A stretch of 64,000 bases of DNA from Blastocatellia bacterium (GCA_043736395.1 JAYTCQ010000174.1:4886-68885), one strand, 5' to 3'; shown: positions 1 to 11,084, numbered from the stretch's first letter. The notes: generated by a model not told the origin, from the letters alone. Made by a program: numbers and translations.

Positions 1-1
1 C

Positions 2-2923
2 ACTGGCGTCAATGGCATCCAAAGTAACAATTCCGCTCCGAAAGCGGGCGCCGCATACGTATTTGTGCGCAGTGCCGGCGGCTGGAGCCAACAGGCTTAT
101 CTCAAGGCCTCCAACACGGAAGCTGGTGACGAATTTGGATACACCGTTGCGATCTCTGGCGACACGATCATCGTCGGAGCGCCATTGGAAGATAGTAACG
201 CGACTGGCGCTAATGGAAATCAAAGTGACAACAGCACTCCTGACTCTGGCGCGGCGTATGTCTTTGTGCGAAATGCTGGCAACTGGAGTCAACAGGCGTA
301 CCTCAAATCCTCTAACCCCGACATTGCAGATTTATTCGGTTGGTCGGTTGGGATTTCTAATGACACCGCAGTGGTCGGAGCCTGGCTTGAGGCCAGTGCG
401 AACGGAAACCAGAGTGATAATAGCGCTGCGGTTTCCGGTGCGGCGTATGTCTTTGCACGGAACGCAGGCAATTGGAGTCAGCAGGCATACCTCAAAGCAT
501 CAAACAAGGAAGCCGGGGATGCCTTTGGCTGGACAGTCGCGATCTCCGGCGAGACGATTATTATCGGCGCACCATTTGAAGCTGGTATTCCTGGTAATCA
601 AAATAACAACAGTGCCAGTAGTTCAGGTGCGGCATATGTCTTTGCACGGAATGCAGGGATTTGGAATCAACAAGCTTATCTCAAAGCATCCAACAGTGAA
701 GCAGGCGATGCTTTCGGATGGTCGGTAGGAATTTCTGATAACTCAATCATTGTCGGCGCCCCCTTTGAATCTAGTAATGCAACAGGCGTTAACGGTAATC
801 AAAGTGACAATAGCGCTTCTGTAGCTGGGGCGGCTTATGTGTTTACCGGGAGCGCAGGAATTTGGAATCAGCAGGCATATCTAAAAGCTTCCAACACCGA
901 TATAGCAGATCTGTTCGGTTGGTCAGTAGCCGTCGCCGGCGAGCGGGCAGTAGTCGGGTCTCAAGGCGAATCCAGCAATGCAATTGGCGTTAATGGAAAC
1001 CAATACAACAATACCTCTATTTATTCCGGCGCGGCATACGCATTTATTCGTCTTTCAGGAGTATGGAACCAACAGGCTTATCTCAAAGCATCCAACCCTG
1101 ATGGAGCCGATACCTTCGGAGTTGCAGTGGCGATCTCCGGCGATACTATTTTAGTCGGGGCACCAAGTGAGGCCAGCGACGCGACGGGCGTCAATGGTAA
1201 TCAGATTACAAACAATGCTCCGAACTCCGGCGCTGCCTATATTTTCTTTATCCCATTACCTGATCTGACTCTCACCAAAACAGACGGAGGAATGATTTTC
1301 ACGCCTGGTGGAAATGGCAGCTATACAATCAATGTAAGTAACGCAGCAGCGGCTGGCCCAACCATCGGCCCGATCATCGTCACTGATAGCTTACCTAACA
1401 ATTTAACTCTCACCAGTTATAGCGGTTCTGGTTGGATTTGCACTGGCACGACCAGCCTTTCGTGTACCCACAGCGGAATATTAAATGCCGGATCAAGTTT
1501 GCCACCGCTGGCATTAACGGTGAAGGTCGGATCAGGTACCCCGACGGGATTGAATAGCATTACGAACAAAGCAACGGTCTCGACACCGACTGAAGTAAAT
1601 CTCAGCGACAACTCTCACAGCATTTCCACTAGCGTTTTGGGCGTCCCAAAACTAACCGCGAGCCTTGCTGATCCATTGGTGTGTAATGGTTCGGACGGCC
1701 TCGCATCTGTGACCGCTACGCTCAGCAATCCCAATCAGACAGCCCTGCTTGCGGCGTTTACTGCTATGCTTCCCGCGCAGCTCACCGCGCTGGCGGGAAC
1801 CTGCAATACCTCGACCAATGGTGGTTGTACAATTGCGGCTAATGGTTCCAGCGTCACTTGGAATGGAACACTCAATCCAGGGCAAACCCTTACAATTAGT
1901 TATCAGGTACAAATCGCTGCCACCGTCTCACAGGGCACGCAGCTTTGTGTCAATTCAATCGGCACGGTTGGTGGTGTCGGAACCAATTCGCAAGCGTGTC
2001 TCACGGTGAATTGTACCGGGCAGGGATTGTTACCCATTTCCAATGTTGGCGTATCCGATCAAAAGCCGGGATCACTGCTGGTATTTCCTTATTATTCATC
2101 CAAAACCACTGAACGCCACGACACGCGTCTCACGATCACCAATGTCGGCTCACAGTTGGCATACATCCATTTATTTTTGATCGAAGGGACAAATTGCTTC
2201 CCGGCAGATTTCTTTTTATGCCTGACCCCGAAAGCAATTTACTCATTTAAAGCCTCAGATTACGATCCCGAAAATACCGGCTACATGTTAGCGGTTGCGG
2301 TAGATAATCAGGGTCGTCCAATCGCGCAGAATTCGTTAATGGGTAACGCCTTTGTGGATAATGGCGAGTATCAGGGCAACTATGGAGCCGAAGCCTTTTG
2401 GCGCTATGACACGGCACTCACCAACGTCAGTGAAAACTTTGCTGTCTTAGGACTGAACGGTACACAATACGATGCCGCGCCCATTCAATTTATGGTTGAA
2501 ATTCAAAGTCCGCTGGATGCAGTTAGACAAAAAATTATTGTCGCGCCGTTGTCAGGAGATTTTAGCGGAGGAGTGGCAAGCCTCGGCAGCGCCCTTCCTA
2601 TAATTACCAATGCAGCCGCGCAAATCGGTCCTGGGCTGGCTTCTAATGAAGAAGAAAAAACAGCCAGCTTTGTTTCGTTACTGAGTGGTGGATGTTTGAA
2701 AAGCGCGGTGATCACCACCACTTCCCCGCGCATCCCACGCGGGTTAGGCAGTTTAATTCCAAAAGGTAAGATGGGATTATTGAATTTTCGCGTGGGTGCG
2801 GGAGTCGGGCTAATAATGACACCACGAACAGATACAAATCGCTGGGGTGGAATTCGAACTTTGCATAAAACAGCAGCGGGAAATATGACAATTGCTATTC
2901 CGGTTTTTGCGCCTGGTTGTTAG
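2..2923 (+). CDS. FG-GAP repeat / DUF11-like surface protein with a C-terminal uncharacterised Cys-containing domain; 5' end lies outside the window
   Basis: ORF 65..2923 is in frame with open sequence back to base 2, and that sequence continues the same repeat (..GAAYVFVRSAGGWSQQAYLKASN..), so the start is upstream of the window. There are at least 7 tandem ~55-aa repeats of the form SGAAYVFxRxxGxWxQQAYLKASNxxxxDxFGWSVAISGDTxxVGAPxExS, typical of FG-GAP beta-propeller blades. A DUF11-like segment follows (LTLTKTDGG..YTINVSN..TVKVGSG). The last ~300 aa are homologous to the tandem paralogues at 57.5-59.9 kb. Confidence 0.8.
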   Translation, partial: TGVNGIQSNNSAPKAGAAYVFVRSAGGWSQQAYLKASNTEAGDEFGYTVAISGDTIIVGAPLEDSNATGANGNQSDNSTPDSGAAYVFVRNAGNWSQQAYLKSSNPDIADLFGWSVGISNDTAVVGAWLEASANGNQSDNSAAVSGAAYVFARNAGNWSQQAYLKASNKEAGDAFGWTVAISGETIIIGAPFEAGIPGNQNNNSASSSGAAYVFARNAGIWNQQAYLKASNSEAGDAFGWSVGISDNSIIVGAPFESSNATGVNGNQSDNSASVAGAAYVFTGSAGIWNQQAYLKASNTDIADLFGWSVAVAGERAVVGSQGESSNAIGVNGNQYNNTSIYSGAAYAFIRLSGVWNQQAYLKASNPDGADTFGVAVAISGDTILVGAPSEASDATGVNGNQITNNAPNSGAAYIFFIPLPDLTLTKTDGGMIFTPGGNGSYTINVSNAAAAGPTIGPIIVTDSLPNNLTLTSYSGSGWICTGTTSLSCTHSGILNAGSSLPPLALTVKVGSGTPTGLNSITNKATVSTPTEVNLSDNSHSISTSVLGVPKLTASLADPLVCNGSDGLASVTATLSNPNQTALLAAFTAMLPAQLTALAGTCNTSTNGGCTIAANGSSVTWNGTLNPGQTLTISYQVQIAATVSQGTQLCVNSIGTVGGVGTNSQACLTVNCTGQGLLPISNVGVSDQKPGSLLVFPYYSSKTTERHDTRLTITNVGSQLAYIHLFLIEGTNCFPADFFLCLTPKAIYSFKASDYDPENTGYMLAVAVDNQGRPIAQNSLMGNAFVDNGEYQGNYGAEAFWRYDTALTNVSENFAVLGLNGTQYDAAPIQFMVEIQSPLDAVRQKIIVAPLSGDFSGGVASLGSALPIITNAAAQIGPGLASNEEEKTASFVSLLSGGCLKSAVITTTSPRIPRGLGSLIPKGKMGLLNFRVGAGVGLIMTPRTDTNRWGGIRTLHKTAAGNMTIAIPVFAPGC

Positions 2924-2940
2924 AGACTAAAAATGCGGAA

Positions 2941-3034
2941 GCCCACACGCAGTAAGGGCGCCAGTACACTATTCAAAATTCACAATGATGCTAAATTCAC
3001 TTCTAATGAAATGGCGCCCTTACTGCGTGCGGGC
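2941..3034. terminator. 22-bp inverted repeat pair flanking a 50-nt spacer between convergent genes; probable bidirectional terminator or structured element
   Basis: gcccacacgcagtaagggcgcc (2941-2962) and ggcgcccttactgcgtgcgggc (3013-3034) are reverse complements with one mismatch. The spacer contains a duplicated aaattcac motif. The element is followed by the T-rich ttctgcaaaattattttatctc and sits between the stop of the FG-GAP gene (2923) and the stop of the minus-strand BNR gene (3056). Confidence 0.4.
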
Positions 3035-3055
3035 TTCTGCAAAATTATTTTATCT

Positions 3056-4039
3056 CTATTTGGAATCCTGATAGCGCAACATCAAACCATCAGCGCCGAC
3101 TGCCCAGATTTGTTTTTTCTTCGCAAATAATCCATACAAGTTTTGCGTTGTTCCACTTTCCTGCGTGAACCAGGTTCTACCGCCATCTCCGGTGCGCAAA
3201 ATAGTTCCTTTCCAACCAATGATAAAGCCTTGATCATCATTGACGAAAACTACACTGAGCAGCGTTTGTTTACTTTCAACTTTCACAGGTTCCCACGAAG
3301 CTCCGCCGTTTTCCGTTCTCAGAACTGTTCCTTTATCTCCCACAACGACAGCCTCTTTTTTGCCCGTTGCTTCGATATGATAAAGATTCCCTTTGACTCC
3401 GCTGGTTTGTTTGACCCAGGTTCTTCCGCCGTCTTCGGTATAAAGAATTGTCCCTTTGCCACCAACTACCCAACCACGTTTGTCATTCACAAATTTGACG
3501 TGAACCAATTCTTCTTTCGTGCCGCTTTCCTGTTGCGCCCACGACTGTCCGCCATCTTCAGTATGCAGGACACGGCCCTCCGTTCCGACTACCCAGCCTT
3601 TTTTCCGACTCGGAAAAGCCAGGCTGTAAAATTCAGGAAGCTCCTGATTTGACGAAGTTTTTGGAGCAATGATTTGAAATTTAGGAGACCAGACTTCACC
3701 GCCATCCGTAGTGTGATAAATACGCGCACCGCTTGCTAACAGAAAGCCATCTTTTTTATTGAGAAACAGAACATCATTAATCGCAGTTTTGACACCTGCG
3801 TCCTGTGCGAACCAACGCTCTCCGTTATTGTTCGTCGCACGAATAATACCGCGCTCGCCAACCACCCAGCCATTATCTTTGTCGACAAAATAAACTGTAT
3901 TCAATTCACAACGAGTACCTTTATTATCGCATTTCGTATCTTCCTGACGCACGCGTTGCCACTGTGCGTGGACGTCAACTACACTTACGTTCAACAAGAC
4001 AACCATCAAAAATGTGTAAAAGAAATTACGCAATTTCAT
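3056..4039 (-). CDS. BNR/Asp-box repeat beta-propeller protein (Ycf48-like / sialidase-like fold), secreted
   Basis: N-terminal signal peptide ([25 protein letters not shown]). Repeated Asp-box motifs S/T-x-D-G-G-x-T/S-W: TDGGEVW, TEDGGQSW, TEDGGRTW, TENGGASW, TGDGGRTW. Repeated W-x-x-G segments are spaced as in a 6-7 bladed propeller. Confidence 0.7.
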   Translation of the reverse strand: MKLRNFFYTFLMVVLLNVSVVDVHAQWQRVRQEDTKCDNKGTRCELNTVYFVDKDNGWVVGERGIIRATNNNGERWFAQDAGVKTAINDVLFLNKKDGFLLASGARIYHTTDGGEVWSPKFQIIAPKTSSNQELPEFYSLAFPSRKKGWVVGTEGRVLHTEDGGQSWAQQESGTKEELVHVKFVNDKRGWVVGGKGTILYTEDGGRTWVKQTSGVKGNLYHIEATGKKEAVVVGDKGTVLRTENGGASWEPVKVESKQTLLSVVFVNDDQGFIIGWKGTILRTGDGGRTWFTQESGTTQNLYGLFAKKKQIWAVGADGLMLRYQDSK

Positions 4040-4878
4040 TTAACCTTCTCCTCCTGACGAAAATTATATTGGACTACAGCGCTGATGCTAACCGATTTAT
4101 TTTGCAATTTCGCAGGCTCAAACCTTAACTGTTTGACGGTAGCTAGTGCTGAATCGTCCAGTCCAAAACCTGCCCAACGGATGATCTCTATCGCTCCGAT
4201 TACACCATTCGATTGAAACGTTACTTTCAAGTCAACCGTTGCGGCAATCCCCATCAAATCGGCTGATGCAGTGTAAGTGGGCTTCAAGCGCCTGAAAAAC
4301 TGTGGCGGCTTAATCTGGAGCCTGACCGCTTCGGCTGAATCCAGATCATAAACCTCTATCACTTTATCTATATCATTTGAGATCGCACTGGATTTTAGGG
4401 CATCAGACGATTGACGCCAAATCGTTTTGGTTAATTCTTTCAGCCTTTCGCGCGCCGCCTTTTCTTTTTCAGTTCGCGCCTGCTCAAACAAAAATTTTAT
4501 CAGCCGTCCTGTTCGGGTTTCGACGACAAAAGCCGCAATCAAGACGTCAAAGTAAAATTCTCGTTCAGAAAGCAATCGTCGTTGCACTTTAGCTGTCCCG
4601 ATCAAATAGTAATCACAACCCATACTCAGCCCTAGCGCACGTGCCTCTTCGACTTTTAAATTCAGGCTTCCGTTGTATCCGGCTCCTTTGATGGCGAGAT
4701 TTAATTGCTGTTCATCAACCAGTGAAACTGCATCACTTTCGGCGAGTTTTCGTAACTGCTGCGAAACTTCCACATCTCCATTGAAATCCAGAATTGCAAG
4801 GCGCGGCTGTGCCAATGTCGCAACTGAAAACAAACAGAAAATTATCATCAAGCAGTTTACGATTAATTTGTTTTCCAT
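4036..4878 (-). CDS. secreted protein with TonB C-terminal-like domain
   Basis: Start chosen at the internal Met ([24 protein letters not shown], signal peptide) rather than the ORF-track start at 4917. The C-terminal ~90 aa ([55 protein letters not shown]) fit the TonB-C pattern G.V.V.F.....G.V......GLD.AA..AV..W.F.PA. The middle is a charged coiled-coil-like region. It overlaps the 3' end of the HD gene by ~16 bp. Confidence 0.45.
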   Translation of the reverse strand: MENKLIVNCLMIIFCLFSVATLAQPRLAILDFNGDVEVSQQLRKLAESDAVSLVDEQQLNLAIKGAGYNGSLNLKVEEARALGLSMGCDYYLIGTAKVQRRLLSEREFYFDVLIAAFVVETRTGRLIKFLFEQARTEKEKAARERLKELTKTIWRQSSDALKSSAISNDIDKVIEVYDLDSAEAVRLQIKPPQFFRRLKPTYTASADLMGIAATVDLKVTFQSNGVIGAIEIIRWAGFGLDDSALATVKQLRFEPAKLQNKSVSISAVVQYNFRQEEKVK

Positions 4879-6131
4879 AGCCCTTCGACCGCCGCGCTGG
4901 CTTCCGCTGGATAACAAAAACGATGAATTTCGTAACGCCCCATGCCGCGTACGACTTCAGAAATATCGGCAATATCACATAGCTCTCGTGAACCCTTTTT
5001 TTCAATGTACAAACGACCTTTGCCTTCGGGACGGTAGATATTGTAATACGGCACATCCGATGCGCGATCTTCGATTAAATAATATGCCGGATCAAAACCT
5101 GCGGCTGAAATTCTCTCGCGGGCTTTGGCCACTAACTCTTTGCGTTCGGCTTCCGGCAAATCCACATCACGCACTTTGAAAAGACGGCGTTCAATAAATC
5201 TGGTAGCGAAATCTTTTAAAATCGGATCAGTTTCACGCGTCCATTGTTTGATATGAAACATGACATCGTGATCGTCAAACCGCAGGTATTCTTCGACCGA
5301 TAATTCCTGCTCGGTCAGCACTCTTTGCATAACGGAACCGGCAAGCAAAAATCCTAATTTTCCTTCGGCGGCTAATTCCACCGCACGCCGCATAATGCAT
5401 TGCAGCACGGCTTCGGCAGAACGCAACGTGCGATGAAAATACACTTGCCGAAACATATAGTATCGCGCTCGCAAATATTCCTCTGCCGCATATAAACCAT
5501 TCGAAGCCAGATACACACGATCATTCGCCAAATCAACTTCTAACGATTGAATGATCCATTCCAAATCGTAGTTGCCATACTGCGCTCCAGTCATCAAAGA
5601 ATCGCGCAGCAGATAATCAAAGCGATCTACATCAAGCTGTGATGAAACAAGCTGACTCACAAATTTTGATTTGTATTTATTTTCGAGCGTAGCGATGACT
5701 TTATCAGGCAGAGACGAATCGTATTCTTTCAATAATTTGTGAACTTGCGTTTCCGGATTGGCGATAATTTTCACTGTCCAGGTTTCGTGATGCTGCTGCA
5801 AAACTTTTTCCATGACATGCGAAAAAGGCCAATGCCCAAGATCATGCAACATCGCAGAAGCGCGAGCGACAACCCGATCTTCTTCACTGATTTCGTATTT
5901 TTCGCGGAAGCGATTCATCACCCGCGTCATCACGTGCATCACGCCCAGGCTATGCGTAAAGCGAGAATGCTCTGCACCTTGATATGTGTAATGCGCTAAC
6001 CCCAATTGACGAATGTAACGCAATCGCTGAAATTCGCGGGTGTCAATTAGCTTAATCAGCAAAGCATCATCTTTGCGATGATCCGATAAAGTAATAATGT
6101 TGTGAACCGGATCACGGTAAATACGTTCCAT
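4863..6131 (-). CDS. HD-domain metal-dependent phosphohydrolase (dGTPase-like family)
   Basis: HD motif pieces: [13 protein letters not shown] and [13 protein letters not shown] (H..HD..H metal ligands). Size ~420 aa is typical of the HD superfamily. Confidence 0.8.
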   Translation of the reverse strand: MERIYRDPVHNIITLSDHRKDDALLIKLIDTREFQRLRYIRQLGLAHYTYQGAEHSRFTHSLGVMHVMTRVMNRFREKYEISEEDRVVARASAMLHDLGHWPFSHVMEKVLQQHHETWTVKIIANPETQVHKLLKEYDSSLPDKVIATLENKYKSKFVSQLVSSQLDVDRFDYLLRDSLMTGAQYGNYDLEWIIQSLEVDLANDRVYLASNGLYAAEEYLRARYYMFRQVYFHRTLRSAEAVLQCIMRRAVELAAEGKLGFLLAGSVMQRVLTEQELSVEEYLRFDDHDVMFHIKQWTRETDPILKDFATRFIERRLFKVRDVDLPEAERKELVAKARERISAAGFDPAYYLIEDRASDVPYYNIYRPEGKGRLYIEKKGSRELCDIADISEVVRGMGRYEIHRFCYPAEASAAVEGLWKTN

Positions 6132-6162
6132 AATTTTTGCGTCGGGAAATTTTCAGGATTGC

Positions 6163-7305
6163 TTAAATCTCAGTAATGAGACGTGTCAACAAAGCGGCTC
6201 TGCGCGGAATATCTGCCACAATAATATGCTCGTGTTCAGCGTGCGCGCCTGCGCCGTCTACGCCTAATCCATCCAGAGTTGGAATTCCCAGAGCAGCAGT
6301 AAAATTGCCATCAGAGCCACCACCAACAACGCCTTCCAGCAAGTCTATCTCGAACTCCGCCGCACATCGTTTGGCAATTTCATAAAGCGCCAGATTTTTT
6401 TCAGAACGTTCCATCGGAGGACGATTGATTCCACCCATGAATTCTAACTGCGCACCGTCCAGAACTGGTTTTAAATTGCGAATAGCTGCCTCTAGTTCTG
6501 TGCCGTCATTCGTTTTCCAAAATCGAAAATCTATCTTCGCACTGGCCTCTGCGGGAATAACATTGGAAGTCGTTCCACCACTCGTGACACCAACATTGAC
6601 AGTAATCCCGCGCTCATAATCATTGAGTTCAGCCAGGCGCAAAGTTTGGTGCGCTAACTCGACAATAGCATTAATCCCCTTCTGTGGATCAAGTCCGGCA
6701 TGCGCTGCGCGCCCCTTTACTGTCAGCTTGAAATCCCCGATACCTTTGCGTCCTGTCTTCACTTTGCCTCCGGAAATGGGAGGCTCTAAAATTAGGGCAG
6801 CAATAGATTTTTTCGCCTCTTCCTCAATCAAACTTCGCGAAGTTTTGCTACCGATTTCTTCATCGCAAGTCAACAATAAGCTCACCGGATGCCTGGTTTT
6901 CAATCCAAGTGTAGTGATTGCCTCCAATGCATGCATCGCAATGGCAATGCCGGCTTTCATATCAAAAATTCCCGGGCCGTGTGCCGTCCCTCGTTCAGTA
7001 ATGTGGAATGGCAAGCGCGATAAAGTTCCTAATGGCCAGACAGTATCAAGGTGTCCAATGATAAGAATCTTTGGCGTACTTTCCGAATGCCCAAAATTAA
7101 AACGAGCTAACAGATTTGTTCCGTAACCAGATTGTGTGTGCATCCGTACTTCAGAAGTTAGGGTCTGAATTTTTTCAGCAATGAGATTCGCCAGTTGCGT
7201 AATCTCAGTCTCGGCACGCGAAGTAGACTCCTTTTCTACCAACTCGCGGATAAGTTCTAGAATTACATCGTGACGATGGACAAAGTGATGAAGAAGTGCA
7301 ACCAT
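6163..7305 (-). CDS. M20 family metallopeptidase / amidohydrolase (ArgE/DapE/carboxypeptidase G2-like)
   Basis: GHLDTVWP metal-binding motif, [16 protein letters not shown] and a C-terminal GAHAEHEHI motif. These are characteristic of M20/M25/M40 enzymes. Confidence 0.8.
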   Translation of the reverse strand: MVALLHHFVHRHDVILELIRELVEKESTSRAETEITQLANLIAEKIQTLTSEVRMHTQSGYGTNLLARFNFGHSESTPKILIIGHLDTVWPLGTLSRLPFHITERGTAHGPGIFDMKAGIAIAMHALEAITTLGLKTRHPVSLLLTCDEEIGSKTSRSLIEEEAKKSIAALILEPPISGGKVKTGRKGIGDFKLTVKGRAAHAGLDPQKGINAIVELAHQTLRLAELNDYERGITVNVGVTSGGTTSNVIPAEASAKIDFRFWKTNDGTELEAAIRNLKPVLDGAQLEFMGGINRPPMERSEKNLALYEIAKRCAAEFEIDLLEGVVGGGSDGNFTAALGIPTLDGLGVDGAGAHAEHEHIIVADIPRRAALLTRLITEI

Positions 7306-7676
7306 ATTTGCTTTCGTGTCAACTAAGTATTGGCAATATGCAGAACGATTGACAAAGCAGTTGAATCATGCACAATACGCAAGCATCTGACAAGTTAATA
7401 TATGACCTATCGATCAGATGTATTGTCAGTCCTTTTTAGCTCCCACGCCCCAAAGAATCAATTGTACGGTTTGCTTGTGAACATTTGAAGTTTTACTATA
7501 TTAGACGTGGGATGATGAGTAAGTTTATACGTAGCGTATCATCAATCTTGTTGCAATTATTTTCTCGGTGTCACAAAGAGAATCTGTAGTTTCTAATCGT
7601 ACTATCTGGATTCTGACATCTGATAAATCAATCATCTAGCTTAATTAGTCGAACGACTCGGAGGATTAAATCAATT

Positions 7677-8921
7677 ATGAAAAAGTTAGGATTTTTTGCC
7701 CTTGCACTTTCAATGAGTGCCTTATTATCGTCTGCACCAACTTTTGCTAATAACGATAAGGCAAACGATAAAACGTCAACCGTCACCACTCAACAGGCCC
7801 CAGCTCAACCGGAATTGCCGGAAGTCTGTTTCCCTTTTTATAAAGAATATTTTGAGGAAAAAACTGACTTTGATAAAAAATATACAAAGGCAAAAACCTT
7901 CCTGGAAAAATGCCCCCAAGCTGATGAATATTGGCTCAAAGGACCAAAAAGTTTTATCGCCAAATATGAGCTAAATAAGATTCGCGTAAAATGTGTTGAA
8001 GCTGATAAGTTATTCTTCGCTACCCCAAATGAAGCTAATTTAAATAATTTCACGAGTTCTTGCGATATGTGGATTAGTAAGACCACCACTCCTGATTTTT
8101 ATTTTCCCACGAGACTGGCAATCGGAACCGGATTTGGTCTATTAGCTGGATTTTATAAAGACACAGTGCGTGGAAATACATATGCAGAAAAAGCTCTTCA
8201 AAGTCTTTCACAAGCTGCTACACCACCCGAGTGGAAAGATGTGGATTGGGCAAACTTTAGAAAAGATAACACTGCACGATTAATTCAATACAAAGGTCTT
8301 TATAAATTGCGGCAGGCAACTCCTGATTATGAAGGAGCAATTAAAGACTTTACTGATGCAGCAGCACTTAAAGATGGCCCTGCAATCAAAGACCCTAATA
8401 CCTATCTTTTACGCGCTGAGGCAATCACCGTCTCATACACAAAATATAACGACGAATATAATGCTCTGACAGATGAAGAAAAACGTGGTGAAAAAGGCAA
8501 AGCGGCGTTAGCGAAAATTTATCCCGTCGTTGCCAGCTTAGCCAATGATTATGCTCGTGTTGTCGCGGTCACAGAAGGGAAGCCTGAATACAAAGCGATT
8601 TACGATGATTCGAAAGTACAAGCTGAAGAGTTTTACAAGTTCCTCAAAAACGGAAAAACGGCTGGGATCGAGGAATTGTATAAACGATTTAAGGCTGACG
8701 TAGGAGCACCCGATGTTGAAATCAAGGTCGAAGAATCAGCAGCTCCGAAATCTCCGGTAGGCAACAAAGGCAAGAAAACCACTGCTACCGCCACCGCGCC
8801 TGCGGGTGGCAATACTACGGCTCCCACCGCAGGTGGAGATGCAGCCGCAGCTACTACGAAGCCAGCGACAGGCAAAACCGCTGCCACTACTAAAACTGCT
8901 GCGCCAAAGAAGCGCAAATAA
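7677..8921 (+). CDS. secreted hypothetical protein with Lys/Ala/Thr-rich low-complexity C-terminal tail
   Basis: GGAGGA RBS 12 nt upstream of the ATG. Signal peptide MKKLGFFALALSMSALLSSAPTFA. The tail is KKTTATATAPAGGNTTAPTAGGDAAAATTKPATGKTAATTKTAAPKKRK. No recognisable catalytic motif. Confidence 0.6.
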   Translation: MKKLGFFALALSMSALLSSAPTFANNDKANDKTSTVTTQQAPAQPELPEVCFPFYKEYFEEKTDFDKKYTKAKTFLEKCPQADEYWLKGPKSFIAKYELNKIRVKCVEADKLFFATPNEANLNNFTSSCDMWISKTTTPDFYFPTRLAIGTGFGLLAGFYKDTVRGNTYAEKALQSLSQAATPPEWKDVDWANFRKDNTARLIQYKGLYKLRQATPDYEGAIKDFTDAAALKDGPAIKDPNTYLLRAEAITVSYTKYNDEYNALTDEEKRGEKGKAALAKIYPVVASLANDYARVVAVTEGKPEYKAIYDDSKVQAEEFYKFLKNGKTAGIEELYKRFKADVGAPDVEIKVEESAAPKSPVGNKGKKTTATATAPAGGNTTAPTAGGDAAAATTKPATGKTAATTKTAAPKKRK

Positions 8922-8958
8922 TTATCTCGGCCACAAGCCGAACAGAAAAGTATCGAAG

Positions 8959-8991
8959 AGCCAGCACCCGTTATCGAGCGCTGGCTTTTCG
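8959..8991 (+). terminator. putative rho-independent terminator after the 7677..8921 gene
   Basis: agccagcac-ccgttatcga-gcgctggct stem (8-9 bp) followed by tttcgtgc. The T-tract is weak. Confidence 0.4.
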
Positions 8992-9007
8992 TGCTCATAA
9001 GGAATGA

Positions 9008-9814
9008 ATGTCGGTTAATCCAGAAATACAGGACAAAAATAATCTCACTGAAGCTCATGCTGTATCAGCTGCCGATGTAGCTTCACCTCAAATCATTACG
9101 CCTGAAGTAGAAAAACTTCAACGAGTTGTTCACTATCAATTCAAAGATAAAAATCTTTTATTGCGGGCACTCACGCACCGTTCTTTTGCCAACGAACATC
9201 CTGAGCCTCGCCCTCAACATAACGAAGCCCTGGAATTTCTTGGTGATGCAGTTCTGGAATTTTTAGTAAGTGATTGGCTGCTTGAGCTTTTCCCCTTACA
9301 AAAAGAAGGGACTCTTTCGAAACTCCGTGCCTTTGCAGTGAGTGCTACCAGTCTGCAAAAACGCGCATCACAGATTAATTTAGGGGATTATTTATTCTTG
9401 AATCGTGGTGAAGAAAAAACTGGTGGGCGTACTAAATCTCATCTGCTGGTGGACGCCTACGAAGCGCTCATCGCGGCTATTTATTTAGACGGAGGAATTG
9501 AATCAGCCAAAGTTTTTGTCAGACGTGAATTTGCAGGAACTTTTTTGCAAATGAATCCTGACGATTTAACTGCCACCGATTATAAAACGGCGCTTCAGGA
9601 AAGCCTTCAAGCCTCAGGTTTACCGACTCCTAAATACGCCATCATTGAAAAACAAGGCCCTGATCATCGCCGCGTCTTTCAAGTTGAATTACGTGTTAAT
9701 GGAAAACGTCTGGCCACAGGTCAAGGCACAACAATTAAAAGCGCTCATCAGGATGCAGCACAATCAGCCTTAGCCCAATTACCAGCTGAGATCGAAAATC
9801 TGAAATCCAGTTAA
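9008..9814 (+). CDS. rnc: ribonuclease III
   Basis: RNase III signature [28 protein letters not shown], catalytic [15 protein letters not shown], and a C-terminal dsRBD-like region ([49 protein letters not shown]). Confidence 0.9.
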   Translation: MSVNPEIQDKNNLTEAHAVSAADVASPQIITPEVEKLQRVVHYQFKDKNLLLRALTHRSFANEHPEPRPQHNEALEFLGDAVLEFLVSDWLLELFPLQKEGTLSKLRAFAVSATSLQKRASQINLGDYLFLNRGEEKTGGRTKSHLLVDAYEALIAAIYLDGGIESAKVFVRREFAGTFLQMNPDDLTATDYKTALQESLQASGLPTPKYAIIEKQGPDHRRVFQVELRVNGKRLATGQGTTIKSAHQDAAQSALAQLPAEIENLKSS

Positions 9815-9827
9815 GTTTTTGAAATCA

Positions 9828-10130
9828 TTAAGCGGCTTGCTGAACCTGTGAAAGACAATCCAGTTCGCAGTTATAGTCTTTGGCTAATTTTTCCAACTTG
9901 TTCCATTCTGCCTCGGAAACGATTAGATAACCCTGAAAATCTACGTATAAATCCCACTGGCTATTTCTCAAATCTTTAATTAACTGATCACAGTCTTGAG
10001 CGTTTCCATTAATTTCAGTACGAAAATATCTATTCATCATAGGTTGGTTAAACAGCATGAAAGGGCTTAGTTTAGAAAGTGTGATTAGTGGTGCAGAGCC
10101 GACGTGGTTGATCTTGTCTCTTGCTCGCAT
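9828..10130 (-). CDS. small hypothetical protein (possibly starting at the internal MLFNQP Met)
   Basis: ORF only; no recognisable motif. It is convergent with rnc. Confidence 0.3.
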   Translation of the reverse strand: MRARDKINHVGSAPLITLSKLSPFMLFNQPMMNRYFRTEINGNAQDCDQLIKDLRNSQWDLYVDFQGYLIVSEAEWNKLEKLAKDYNCELDCLSQVQQAA

Positions 10131-10266
10131 CAGGAGAGGGGCTTTTCAACTTGCAATATACCACCCAACCCATTCTTTAAACAACTATAAACTTCGTCTT
10201 TTAACTTGACTTAGATCGGAGACGCCGCGATATTTTAATTTTTTCGGATCCTAATAATTTGTTGCT

Positions 10267-11028
10267 ATGGAACTTCCATCTTATACAATTCGACTTTGCA
10301 CCAGTCTCCCGGAATTTTCGGCTTGCCTTGAGATGCAGCGTGAAGTCTGGCAATTCGCAGACCTTGACATTACGCCCTTGCGGTCATTTGTTATCACCAA
10401 AAATAGCGGTGGTTTTACACTTGGGGCTTTTTCTTCAACAGATGAAAAGTTACTGGGATTTGCTCACGCTTTAGCTGCCTTCGATGAGAAGAATCGCCCC
10501 TATTATTATTCTCATATGCTGGCAGTTGATCCAGTTTTTCAAAACTCCGGACTTGGCTTAAAGCTCAAATTTGCTCAGCGTGATTATGCCCTGCAACACG
10601 GTATTGACTTAATGGTTTGGACTTTTGATCCATTACAATCACGCAACGCCCATCTCAATATCAACAAACTTGGTGGAGTCATTCGGAAATATCAGGATAA
10701 TTATTATGGCAACCATAGCACCAGCCAACTGCACCGCGGATTAGATACTGATCGGCTTTTAGTTGAGTGGTGGTTGGATTCCGCCCGCGTTAAATCTATG
10801 GCGGAATTCAGCAGTCACGGAGAAACTTTATCTCCTGTCGCTAAAGTGGCGATTCCTTACGATCTGGAGGAAATCAAAAATCAAGATTTGCAAGCAGCGC
10901 GCAACTGGCAAATACAGGTTCGTGAAGGTTTTCAGAACTGTCTGAAAAATGGTTTATTTTGTGCAGGATTTGAGCGTGGCACAGATGAAAAGCCTAGTCA
11001 GTATTTATTTTTTTCAGATACCAGATAA
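10267..11028 (+). CDS. GNAT-like acetyltransferase family protein (tentative)
   Basis: The segment YYYSHMLAVDPVFQNSGLGLKLKFAQRDYALQHGIDLMVW resembles GNAT motif A (V.P..Q..G.G..L) and the following helix. The rest is unassigned. Confidence 0.45.
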   Translation: MELPSYTIRLCTSLPEFSACLEMQREVWQFADLDITPLRSFVITKNSGGFTLGAFSSTDEKLLGFAHALAAFDEKNRPYYYSHMLAVDPVFQNSGLGLKLKFAQRDYALQHGIDLMVWTFDPLQSRNAHLNINKLGGVIRKYQDNYYGNHSTSQLHRGLDTDRLLVEWWLDSARVKSMAEFSSHGETLSPVAKVAIPYDLEEIKNQDLQAARNWQIQVREGFQNCLKNGLFCAGFERGTDEKPSQYLFFSDTR

Positions 11029-11084
11029 GGGCATGATCAGTATGACCAAGACCGCCTGCTGATTTTTAGTTCATGTGATTAATT

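Noticed and set aside
12-728. 238-aa ORF overlapping the FG-GAP gene in another frame
   Set aside because: The translation is low-complexity (Arg/Thr/Leu-rich) with no repeats. The overlapping frame carries a clear FG-GAP repeat structure that continues to the window edge, so this is a frame artefact.
3143-3652. 169-aa plus-strand ORF antisense to the BNR propeller gene
   Set aside because: It is fully contained in the well-supported minus-strand gene (Asp-box repeats). There are no motifs, so it is a shadow ORF.
3056-4039. The Ycf48-like BNR protein as a hint that the organism is a cyanobacterium
   Set aside because: The same window encodes a sigma-54 activator with a -24/-12 promoter and a RodZ-like protein, and there are no photosynthesis genes. 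BNR propellers of this type are widespread.
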